Assembly: GCA_041572575.1 (NCBI GenBank)
Contig: JBFFSH010000011.1
Location: forward strand, 1-48,379
From: Thermodesulfobacteriota bacterium
GTDB lineage: Bacteria; Desulfobacterota_D; UBA1144; Nemesobacterales; N074bin48
DNA: 48,379 nucleotides
Direction of reading: 5' to 3'
Positions within the stretch are counted from its first letter, which is position 1; the number at the start of each line of letters is the position of its first letter. Under the pieces are notes generated by a model, which made no database searches, was not told the origin of the DNA, and was given only the letters and a program-made list of their open reading frames with translations. Made by a program: the position numbers and the translations under genes. Below are positions 8,904 through 17,526 of this stretch, piece by piece.

Positions 8904-9724
8904 GATAATGCCTCCTTTGGTTTTAAAATCTGTATTTTTTGTACAGGTTTCCATTCATACTTTTTGCCTTTTATAAACATATCGATTATTGGAACTGTTA
9001 ATGACGAGCTAGCAAGTGCGTAGAAAAGCGCGTTTGTGTTAAACAAGAAAAACTGAAAATAGTAAGCGACTAAAGAAACGATCAGTGCAAAGAGTATTCT
9101 CCCAATTCTTGTGTCTGGAGTAGTCTTTGGATCGGATATCATAAAGAATGTGAATATTAGTAAAGCACCATTTTGTATCTGATGAAACGGGATCACAAGA
9201 GGGTCACCAAGCCATATTGCCCTTCCAAATATTAGCGAAAAAAAAAAGATCATAAATGCATAAGTCACATCACTTCTTTCTGCGCGGTTTACAACAAGCC
9301 CGCCAATACATGCAATGAGAAATCCCATAAATGCCGTATTTCCCCACTGCCCTGGTGAGACCCATGTGTTATCAAAAAGCAGCAGCATAATAACTATTCC
9401 AATATTAGTAGGGTTAAAGATGTGTTTTCCCTGCCATCTTAAAAAGTATTTGCTGGAGATGGTTATTACAGTGCAGAGAATTATGAGAACAATTGAATCT
9501 GATCTGAGTAACAGACAGAGGGAAAGTCCTGATATTAGGGGACTTCTTGGATCGAATTTCCCAAGCCCTAAATATCTTGTGAACAAATACTGAGTAATCA
9601 GAGCAGAGGACAATATAAGAATTGACCGAGCCAGATGAACTTCAAAATCAAGCTCAATTACACCATAAACAAGCAAGGATGATAGTATTATGATCTGATA
9701 TATTCTAGGATCGAGTCTTTTCAT
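8900..9724 (-). CDS. Stand-alone short RnfD/NqrB-family membrane protein
   Basis: SK.....GKHIFNPTN, SPGQWG and FFMISDPKTTP motifs; about 9 TM segments; its stop overlaps the DUF2330 start (ATGA). Confidence 0.8.
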   Translation of the reverse strand: MKRLDPRIYQIIILSSLLVYGVIELDFEVHLARSILILSSALITQYLFTRYLGLGKFDPRSPLISGLSLCLLLRSDSIVLIILCTVITISSKYFLRWQGKHIFNPTNIGIVIMLLLFDNTWVSPGQWGNTAFMGFLIACIGGLVVNRAERSDVTYAFMIFFFSLIFGRAIWLGDPLVIPFHQIQNGALLIFTFFMISDPKTTPDTRIGRILFALIVSLVAYYFQFFLFNTNALFYALASSSLTVPIIDMFIKGKKYEWKPVQKIQILKPKEALS

Positions 9725-9809
9725 AACTATTTGTCTACTACGAGACAAGTTATAAAAAGTTTTAGTTTTTGAATCCTTATTTGAATTATTCGGTTAATAT
9801 ATTTGTAAT

Positions 9810-10541
9810 ATGAATGAATTGATGAATAAAATTAGCTTTCTCTCAGTTTATGCTGTTCTTTTAAGTGTTGTTATCCTCACAAGTGGATGCGCATATGGTT
9901 TAAGGGCTAATAGAACTTATATCAAGATTGATCCACAGAACATCTCTACGCCAAAGCTTGCAAATAAGGTGAATTTTAGTATTTCTGCAAATGTATGGAA
10001 AGGTGAACCAAAGAGGCTCAGGAGGCATTTAATTCCATTTTTTATCGAAGTTCAAAACAACACAGATAAAAATATTATTATCTCAGAGGCCGACTTCATT
10101 TTGTTAGATGAAAACAGAAATCAATTTAATGCCCTATCGCCTGAGAGGGCTGCTAACATAGTGAAATCAGCCGAACAAAAACGTTTTAGGATATATCCCC
10201 GAATTTCCATTGGCATAGGCACTTCATTTCATCACGACAGGTTTCATTATTATGGACACCACCATCATCCCTTTTACAGGCCTTATTATTACTATGATGA
10301 TTATCCCTATCCTTATTACAGAAGACAGGATTATGAGCCTGATTTAGAAGATATATATGCAAAAGCATTAAGTACCGGAGTTATAAGACCCGGGGCGACT
10401 TTGTCAGGATATATTTTCTTCAACAAAATTTCCCGGGATACAAAAGAGCTAACGTTAGAAATAGGATATACGGAGAAAGAAAATAATACTGCACACAAAC
10501 TGGACTTTCATTTTGACCTTATAGAAGTTTATTATAAATAA
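9810..10541 (+). CDS. Hypothetical lipoprotein with His/Tyr-rich insert
   Basis: Lipobox TSGC; Ig-like/DUF4352-like signatures (F.L.DEN..QF, I.PG.TLSG.IFF); HHDRFHYYGHHHHPFYRPYYYYDDY segment. Confidence 0.65.
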   Translation: MNELMNKISFLSVYAVLLSVVILTSGCAYGLRANRTYIKIDPQNISTPKLANKVNFSISANVWKGEPKRLRRHLIPFFIEVQNNTDKNIIISEADFILLDENRNQFNALSPERAANIVKSAEQKRFRIYPRISIGIGTSFHHDRFHYYGHHHHPFYRPYYYYDDYPYPYYRRQDYEPDLEDIYAKALSTGVIRPGATLSGYIFFNKISRDTKELTLEIGYTEKENNTAHKLDFHFDLIEVYYK

Positions 10542-10551
10542 GTCGGCATAA

Positions 10552-11358
10552 TTAATAGATTTTGGCATAAGTATATACCAGCATAAAGAGTCCGGAAACT
10601 ATAAGTATGTAACCCACTGGCTTTCCAATTTTTCTTCCCCACTTAACATTTTTTTCAATACCCATAACAAGAGCAAGCACTAGCATCCATATAAGGCTTC
10701 CAAACCCAACGGCAAACATAAGGAGCATAAGCGCCCAGCAGCAGCCTATACAGAATTTGCCGTGATCTACTCCGAGCATAAAGGCATTCCACTTCTCTTT
10801 TGTATCTCTCCAGCGCTCCGTAATAAAACTAAGCGGGGATCTGCATTTATCGAGGCATCTATATTTGATTTCTGTAAACTGAAAGAGGCCTGCAAAAATG
10901 AGTATAAGTGGAGGACCAGTCCACATGTAGTCTGATAAGAAAGAAAATGAAGCAAGCGCCCATTTTATAAGAGCTATCTGAAAATAGATCAAGACTCCAA
11001 AAACTGTCCATGTGCCCACATAACCCAAAAGTAAAAGACTAAGTAGTAAGACTCTGTCTGCTCGGTTTTCAGTAAATTTATGAAAAAAGGCTACTATGGG
11101 TATAGTTGTAGGCAGCATCATGGCAACGGTCATAACCGACCAGCTGGCTATGAAAATTACCATAAAACTGTATGAGTTTGCAGAGTGGTGGCCCGAGTGA
11201 TGATTGTGTAGTTGAGTACCGAAGTTGTGTGCTACATGCGCTAGATCACCACCTTTCCACAAAACAATCCAGCATAAGAGTGCAAGTACGGATAGCACAG
11301 TTATGAGAATTCCTCGCTCAACCCTTGGAGAGAATGATGCTTTATAAAAAATCGACAT
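10552..11358 (-). CDS. DUF2182 predicted metal-binding integral membrane protein
   Basis: W.VMTVAMMLP, AGLFQFT..K..CL..CRSP, G..HG..CIGCCWALM.LMF..G. Confidence 0.9.
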   Translation of the reverse strand: MSIFYKASFSPRVERGILITVLSVLALLCWIVLWKGGDLAHVAHNFGTQLHNHHSGHHSANSYSFMVIFIASWSVMTVAMMLPTTIPIVAFFHKFTENRADRVLLLSLLLLGYVGTWTVFGVLIYFQIALIKWALASFSFLSDYMWTGPPLILIFAGLFQFTEIKYRCLDKCRSPLSFITERWRDTKEKWNAFMLGVDHGKFCIGCCWALMLLMFAVGFGSLIWMLVLALVMGIEKNVKWGRKIGKPVGYILIVSGLFMLVYTYAKIY

Positions 11359-11400
11359 AGAAACCCAATAAAGCTAATTGGAATGCTTTATTATATAGTA

Positions 11401-11997
11401 CTATGCCTCAAATTTAAAATGTCCGCAGATTGCGTTATGGTCCTGCAGATCAATATCAAAACCCGGAGCATTAGCCTTAAAGCTTGATGCCTTACCCACA
11501 TAAGCAGGTTTGCCTGGTATTGTGCTGAATATAGAATCATGCAGAGTAGTTTCTAATCCGGTGCCTCCCTTAAATGCTTCTAATGAGGCTTGTGCAACAT
11601 CCCCTACTTTTATTGTTCCATTTACGCCTTCTACATCAAATGTAATGTTTGTTTTTTCTACAGACACTACTTCACCTACAAGACCTGCAAGGTCAGTAAT
11701 TGCTCCGCCTAGTTTGCCGCCCCAGACATTTAGTATTCCCTCCTGCTGAGCATCTGTAGTATCCTGATCCACATAAAGTCTTACTTTCCAGTTTCCATCC
11801 AGAACATTTCCGGGAATATGGGTAAGCATGGCAAGCGTGCGCCCGCTTACATCGACTCCTTCAATTTCACCTTCTTTAATATGCCAGCCTACTATTGCCT
11901 CACAGTAGCCTTCATCCGGATCACCCCCGACCCAGCATGGGCATAGTATATTACAGTTACATACCTCTAAAAGCTGTCCTTCTACCGAATAAGACAT
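11401..11997 (-). CDS. DUF1326 family protein
   Basis: E.CNC...CPC......P..G.C motif and I.EG...GVD.SG. Confidence 0.9.
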   Translation of the reverse strand: MSYSVEGQLLEVCNCNILCPCWVGGDPDEGYCEAIVGWHIKEGEIEGVDVSGRTLAMLTHIPGNVLDGNWKVRLYVDQDTTDAQQEGILNVWGGKLGGAITDLAGLVGEVVSVEKTNITFDVEGVNGTIKVGDVAQASLEAFKGGTGLETTLHDSIFSTIPGKPAYVGKASSFKANAPGFDIDLQDHNAICGHFKFEA

Positions 11998-12040
11998 TAC
12001 TTTAACCCCCTTCGTAATCTGAATTTACTACATATAGCAA

Positions 12041-12070
12041 ATTGTACGCCTTCTAATTATAAAAGGTCAA
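12041..12070 (-). promoter_or_regulatory. sigma70-type promoter for DUF1326-DUF2182
   Basis: Minus strand TTGACC-N18-TACAAT, ending 44 bp upstream of the ATG. Confidence 0.5.
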
Positions 12071-12205
12071 GCAATAAATATCCCTGGCAAGCAATTTCAT
12101 ACAAAAGTCCTGAAAACCAAAAATAATCATAATTCGAACTTGATTTTATACTGTATCGAACTTAGTGAATAAATAAGATATATATGGTCGTAGATAACAT
12201 GCATT

Positions 12206-12218
12206 TCTGATATAATCT
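12206..12218 (+). promoter_or_regulatory. Extended -10 promoter element, copy 1
   Basis: TCTGATATAATCT contains TGnTATAAT; an identical 13-mer lies upstream of the paralogous gene. Confidence 0.6.
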
Positions 12219-12255
12219 ATTAAAAAATCAACTATCCATATATGGATAAACCATA

Positions 12256-13293
12256 TTGAAAAGACTATACTTCAGTATATTTTTAATCCTGCTTGCTTCT
12301 TTGGTCCTGCTTCTCTCTGACCTTAATCAGAGAAAGAAGAATGAAAGGACTATACCGAAAGTCGCTATATTGCAATTTTCATCACACACTTTTTTGGACG
12401 ATGGAGTGGAGGGAATATTTGACGGGCTTAAAGAGAGCGGATTTGAAGACGGGATTAATATTCATATCAAACATTTTAACTCCGAGGGAGACCTGCCTAC
12501 TGCAAACGCTATAGCAAGTGAAATTACAAGTGGTAAATACGACTATGCGCTCACAGTGAGCACGCCTGCACTACAGGCGGTTGCAAATGCAAACAAGCAG
12601 GGCAAAGTTATTCAAATATTCGGCGTAGTTACTGATCCTTTTATAGCAGGGGTAGGTCTAAAGAAGAATGATCCGCTTGATCATCCGAAGCACCTCGTAG
12701 GGTACGGTTCTTTTCTGCCTGTAATTAAACTAATTAAAATTGCAAAGGAGCTTTATCCTGATTTGAGGTCAATAGGGCTTGCATGGAATGCAGCTGAGGC
12801 AAACTCCGAGGCATATACCATTCTAGCAAGAGAATTTACGAAGCAGGAAAATTTGAAGCTTGTTGAAGTCATTGTAGATTCATCAGTGGCAGTAAATGAA
12901 GCAGTTAATTCTCTGGTTTCCAGAGGGGTTGACATGATACTAGTAACAGGAGACAACACAGTGGGATTAGCCTTGGATAATGTAGTTGATGCTGCAAGTA
13001 AGGGGAAAATCCCGGTTTTAACTCTCATTCCTACATTTCCCAACAAAGGTACTCTTCTTGATCTGGGAGCAGATTTCTATCAGGTAGGAAAACTCCAGGG
13101 ATATCTGTTATCAAGCATTATTAATGGTAAAGATCCGGCGACTATTCCCATTGAAAATGTAGTCCCGGAAGTACTTATAATTAATAAACAAGTACTTAGG
13201 AATCTGAAAGACCCCTGGAAATTTACCGATAAATTAATTCAAAAAGCTGATGTAATAATTGATGAAAAAGGAAAAGAGATTAGAACAAAATAG
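12256..13293 (+). CDS. ABC transporter substrate-binding protein (PF04392 / TrpX-like)
   Basis: TTG start; N-terminal TM anchor; H.FLDD..EG..DGL, N.EGD, STPALQA, FGVVTDP, E.NS, DNTV, G.DFYQVGK. Confidence 0.9.
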   Translation: MKRLYFSIFLILLASLVLLLSDLNQRKKNERTIPKVAILQFSSHTFLDDGVEGIFDGLKESGFEDGINIHIKHFNSEGDLPTANAIASEITSGKYDYALTVSTPALQAVANANKQGKVIQIFGVVTDPFIAGVGLKKNDPLDHPKHLVGYGSFLPVIKLIKIAKELYPDLRSIGLAWNAAEANSEAYTILAREFTKQENLKLVEVIVDSSVAVNEAVNSLVSRGVDMILVTGDNTVGLALDNVVDAASKGKIPVLTLIPTFPNKGTLLDLGADFYQVGKLQGYLLSSIINGKDPATIPIENVVPEVLIINKQVLRNLKDPWKFTDKLIQKADVIIDEKGKEIRTK

Positions 13294-13323
13294 TTTACAG
13301 CTATTTTGATAACAAAAATCTGC

Positions 13324-13336
13324 TCTGATATAATCT
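13324..13336 (+). promoter_or_regulatory. Extended -10 promoter element, copy 2
   Basis: TCTGATATAATCT identical to 12206-12218, at a similar distance from the start codon (42 versus 45 nt from TATAAT). Confidence 0.6.
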
Positions 13337-13370
13337 GTGGATTATATAACCTATGAAATAAAACATAAAA

Positions 13371-15344
13371 GTGAAAAGACTCTCCTTAAGCATATTCCTG
13401 ATAGTTCTTGCAAGTTCAGTCCTGCTCCTTTCTGATCTTAATCAAAGAAAACGTACAAAATCCGAGATTCCGAAAATCGCAATGCTGCAGCTTTCAAGCC
13501 ATATCATACTTGAAGATGGTATAAGGGGGATATTGGACGGGCTAAAAGAAAAGGGCTTTATTGATGGTCAGAATATCGACATACAGTTTTATAATGCAGA
13601 AGGTGATATTCCGACTCTAAATACCATAGCCAGTGAAATAACAAGCGGTAAATTTGATTATGCTTTAACAGTGAGCACACCTGCTCTGCAGGCAGTTTCA
13701 AACGCCAACAAGCAGGGAAAGGTGGTTCATGTATTTGGCCTTGTAACTGATCCGTTTGCATCGGGTATAGGGCTGGATAGAGCAAAACCCGAAGACCACC
13801 CCGAGTATATTGTGGGATACGGCACCCAGCAGCCTGTAGAAAAACTTATAGAAACTGCAATGAAATTAAATCCAAATATAAAATCTATTGGAATGTTATG
13901 GAACTCTGCTGAGGCCAATTCTGTAGTTTGTACAATACAGGCCCGTAATTATTCAAAGCTCGTGGGCGTTGAGCTTTTAGAAGCTACTGTTGAAAACACA
14001 TCGGTTGTATACGAGACTGCGGCATCTCTGGTATCCAGGGGAGTAGATGCGCTTCTTGTATCAGGTGATAACACAGTCATTACAGCACTTGATAATGTAG
14101 TGCAGGCAGCAAAAAACGGGAAAATCCCGGTTATTACCAATGCCCCTACTTTTCCCAATAAAGGAACATTACTTGATATCGGAGCAGACTATTATGAGGT
14201 TGGTAAGAGACAGGGATACCTTGCAGCAAGGGTACTGAACGGTGAAGATCCGGAATCTATTCCAATTCGAAATCTGGCTCCCGAGGTAGTGGTCATTAAT
14301 AAACAGGCTATTGAAAGTCTAAAAGATAACTGGAGAATCCCCGAAGATATTCTAAAAAGTGTCGATGTAGTGATAGATGAAAATGGAAAAGAAATAAGAA
14401 AGGTAAATACTGTAGAAAATGACTCAGAGGAAAAAATTAGACTTACCAAAAGATGGAATATTAACGTAGTGGAATTTATAGAAGTATCGGATGTAGAAGA
14501 AACAAGAAAGGGTATCTTGGAAGGGCTGCAACATGCAGGTCTTAAAGAAGGCAGAGACTATAATATAAAAATCCAAAATGCACAGGGAGATATGCCTACA
14601 GTTAGTTTAATGATCGATAACGCTCTATCACAAGGAGCAGATATGCTTATGACACTTTCAACACCTACACTACAGGCTGCCATACAAAGGGCAAAGAATA
14701 TTCCGGTAGTGTTTACATATTGTGCAAGCGGGGTTAATGCAGGTGCAGGCAGGACCAATGAAGATCATCTGCCTAATATTACGGGTGTTTATGCGCTTCC
14801 TGCCTATGGTGAAATGATGGCGCTTTTTAAAAAACTTATGCCGCATGCAAAAAAAATAGGAACGCTCTTTGTCCCTGCTGAATCTAATTCAGTTCTCCAC
14901 AATAAACTGCTCGGGGTTGAGGCCAAGAAGTACGGAGTTGAACTTGTTTCTTTGCCGGCTAATACTTCTACTGAAGTTCCGGATGCAGCACTAGCAATGG
15001 CAGCAAGCGATATAGATGCCATTATTCAAATTCCCGGAAATCTCACAGCGGTAGCATTTACAAGTATTGCAAAGGCTGCTAATCAATCCAAACTGCCGAT
15101 ATTTGCTTTCCAAACAGTTCAGTCTGCTGAGGGGGCATCGATAGTTCTTGCAAAGGACTACTATGACTTCGGAAAAGAAGCGGCAAAGCTTGCAGTAAGG
15201 GTGATGAGAGGGGAAAATCCAAAAGACATGCCTTTTGTAGGACTTGAAGAAACCAGTTTGATTTTGAACCTGGATGCTGCCAAAATATCAAATCTACATA
15301 TACCCGAGTCACTTAATGCTGGTGCAAAGACGGTTTTAAGATAA
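13371..15344 (+). CDS. ABC transporter substrate-binding protein with two tandem PF04392-like domains
   Basis: GTG start; the first half closely parallels 12256-13293; the second half repeats NAQGD, STPTLQA, E.NS and DYYDFGKEAA motifs. Confidence 0.9.
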   Translation: MKRLSLSIFLIVLASSVLLLSDLNQRKRTKSEIPKIAMLQLSSHIILEDGIRGILDGLKEKGFIDGQNIDIQFYNAEGDIPTLNTIASEITSGKFDYALTVSTPALQAVSNANKQGKVVHVFGLVTDPFASGIGLDRAKPEDHPEYIVGYGTQQPVEKLIETAMKLNPNIKSIGMLWNSAEANSVVCTIQARNYSKLVGVELLEATVENTSVVYETAASLVSRGVDALLVSGDNTVITALDNVVQAAKNGKIPVITNAPTFPNKGTLLDIGADYYEVGKRQGYLAARVLNGEDPESIPIRNLAPEVVVINKQAIESLKDNWRIPEDILKSVDVVIDENGKEIRKVNTVENDSEEKIRLTKRWNINVVEFIEVSDVEETRKGILEGLQHAGLKEGRDYNIKIQNAQGDMPTVSLMIDNALSQGADMLMTLSTPTLQAAIQRAKNIPVVFTYCASGVNAGAGRTNEDHLPNITGVYALPAYGEMMALFKKLMPHAKKIGTLFVPAESNSVLHNKLLGVEAKKYGVELVSLPANTSTEVPDAALAMAASDIDAIIQIPGNLTAVAFTSIAKAANQSKLPIFAFQTVQSAEGASIVLAKDYYDFGKEAAKLAVRVMRGENPKDMPFVGLEETSLILNLDAAKISNLHIPESLNAGAKTVLR

Positions 15345-16582
15345 TGGAAATTAAGAGACAACATCAAGAAGGATTCGAGATACTGATTTTAGATGGAAGG
15401 CTCGATGCGTATTGGGCTGATCATCTAGAAAGTGAGCTGTCTAAATCCATAAGAGAGGGCCACTATAAAATAAGGCTCGATATGGCGGGTGTTAACTATC
15501 TTAGCTCTGCCGGCATAAGAATCCTTCTGCAATCCTACAAAAAGTTAAACCAGATAAACGGGCAGTTTAGTCTGGTTAATATCTCTCAGAACGTACAGTC
15601 TGTATTAGAGCTCTCAGGAGTGGCAGCACTTCTTAAGCCACATAAAACTGAAGATACTACTAGTATTACAAAGGGTGCTGAAACTAAAAGAATCAATACT
15701 GAAAATGGAGTATTTGAAATATTACACGAAGATGAAAATAGCAGTCTGAGCTGTGAAATTAAAGGAAGTATTGAATTTATAGATCATAATAATAAAAAGA
15801 TAATAAATATCCCAATACAGATATCTGGAGATTGTTATGCTCTTGGCATAGGGGCATTTGGAAATGGGTATGATGATTGTAAAAACAGATACGGCGAGTT
15901 TGCTGCACTTGCAGGAGCTGTATCTTATCTTCCAACAGATGGTACAAATGTTGCTGATTTTCATATTGCATCAGGGGATTATTTGCCCGAGGTAAATGCT
16001 CTTTACAGCATTACGTGCAAAGGTGAATTTGGCAGTATGACAAGATTTGATCCTGCAAAGGAGAAAGAAGTTATTGGCTTTAGTGAATTGATAGAAGCGG
16101 GATTTAATATATCAGGAAAAGATACTATTGCTATTGCAGCAGTAGCAGAATCGGCTGGAATAGTTGGTGCCAATCTAATTAAATCACCTGTAGCAGATGA
16201 ATCAGGAATTGATGACATTTTTTCGTTTCCAAACATACAAAACTGTATTTCATTTACATCTGAAAAATCCTATATCGGATCGCTTGTAGTTATTTTTGGT
16301 GTAGCATCAAAAGAGCAGTCTGGCGATTTGGGAGAGTTTCTAAGACCGTTAGGAAGCACGGGTCTATTTGGTCATTTTCATGCGATGATATTTTCTTATG
16401 AGCCGTTTATGAAGGGAAAACTGGATTTAAAAGAAACTATCAAGAATTTATTTGATAGGCAGTCCCTTCAATCTGTTATTCATCTGCTCTCAGATGAAAG
16501 GGATATCGTTGGAGCAGGGGAATCTGAATTTGTTAGGGGAGGACTCTGGGTAAGTCCCATAGAGTCTGTAATAAAGGCATAA
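15344..16582 (+). CDS. STAS (anti-sigma factor antagonist) domain fused to an uncharacterised, probably Zn-binding C-terminal domain
   Basis: N-terminal L.GRLDA...LDMAGVNYLSSAGIR.L...V..VLELSG; C-terminal GIGAF, GEF..L.G..YLPTDG and GHFHA motifs. Confidence 0.8.
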   Translation: MEIKRQHQEGFEILILDGRLDAYWADHLESELSKSIREGHYKIRLDMAGVNYLSSAGIRILLQSYKKLNQINGQFSLVNISQNVQSVLELSGVAALLKPHKTEDTTSITKGAETKRINTENGVFEILHEDENSSLSCEIKGSIEFIDHNNKKIINIPIQISGDCYALGIGAFGNGYDDCKNRYGEFAALAGAVSYLPTDGTNVADFHIASGDYLPEVNALYSITCKGEFGSMTRFDPAKEKEVIGFSELIEAGFNISGKDTIAIAAVAESAGIVGANLIKSPVADESGIDDIFSFPNIQNCISFTSEKSYIGSLVVIFGVASKEQSGDLGEFLRPLGSTGLFGHFHAMIFSYEPFMKGKLDLKETIKNLFDRQSLQSVIHLLSDERDIVGAGESEFVRGGLWVSPIESVIKA

Positions 16583-16587
16583 ACTAA

Positions 16588-17526
16588 ATGAGTTTATTAA
16601 TTGGCGCACTGATAATTGGTTTAATTCTGTCACTCCTTGCATTGGGAGTCTACATCAGTTTTCGTATTTTTGATTTCCCCGATATTACTACAGACGGATC
16701 AATAACTACAGGCGCCGCTGTAACGGCCTTATTGCTTGTAAACGGGTACTCACCCCTTCTTGCGACAGGTTTTGGTTTTATCTGCGGTATGTTAGCAGGC
16801 ACCGTAACAGGCGTACTATATACAAAATTCAAAATAAATAATCTGCTTTCGGGAATTTTAGTGATGACTTCACTATATTCGGTGAACCTTCATATTATGG
16901 GTAAGAGTAATATCCCGCTCATAAACACAAAGAGCCTAGTTACCACAGTAGAAAACATCTGGCATAAATTGTTTGGAGAGTCAGCGGTAGTGGATGTTCT
17001 TGGCTGGGATGTAAGCACAAGCGATCTATCCGTTTTATTCGCCATGTTAATTTTAATTGCTGTTGTAGGTTGTGTGGTATATCTGTTTTTTAAAACAAAT
17101 ATTGGCACTGCTATGCGGGCTACGGGGGATAATCCTCAGATGATCACAGCACTGGGGGTAAATGTAGAAAATATGACTATACTAGGTATTGCCCTTGCAA
17201 ACGGTTTGATTGCCCTTGCGGGGTCACTGCTTGCTCAGTTTCAGGGATTTGCAGACGTTCAGATGGGAATTGGAATGATTATATGGGGTCTTGCAAGCAT
17301 AATAATAGGACAGGCCCTTGTGGGAACGCCCAGCCTGGGTTTTACCATAGCTGGGGCTGTTATCGGATCTGTACTATTTAGGCTTCTTGTAGCTATTGCA
17401 CTAAGAGTGGGGGTAAACCCCAATGATCTTAAATTAATTACGGCAATATTTGTATTTATTGCCCTAGTTCTTCCAAGTCTGATATCAAAGTTTAATAAAA
17501 AAAATGTCACAGTCAAAAATACTTAA
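16588..17526 (+). CDS. ABC transporter permease (partner of PF04392-type binding proteins)
   Basis: LGVYISFRIFDFPDITTDGS, LSGILVMT.LYSVNL.IMG, G.AMRATGDN, GFADVQMGIG. Confidence 0.9.
   Translation: MSLLIGALIIGLILSLLALGVYISFRIFDFPDITTDGSITTGAAVTALLLVNGYSPLLATGFGFICGMLAGTVTGVLYTKFKINNLLSGILVMTSLYSVNLHIMGKSNIPLINTKSLVTTVENIWHKLFGESAVVDVLGWDVSTSDLSVLFAMLILIAVVGCVVYLFFKTNIGTAMRATGDNPQMITALGVNVENMTILGIALANGLIALAGSLLAQFQGFADVQMGIGMIIWGLASIIIGQALVGTPSLGFTIAGAVIGSVLFRLLVAIALRVGVNPNDLKLITAIFVFIALVLPSLISKFNKKNVTVKNT

Noticed and set aside
9238..9247. A10 homopolymer in the RnfD-like gene as a phase-variation tract
   Set aside because: The frame is intact, and Phe-codon runs in TM helices are expected in an AT-rich genome.
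12136..12210. ECF sigma promoter (GAACTT...TCTGA)
   Set aside because: Spacing from either GAACTT to TCTGA is far greater than 16-17 bp.
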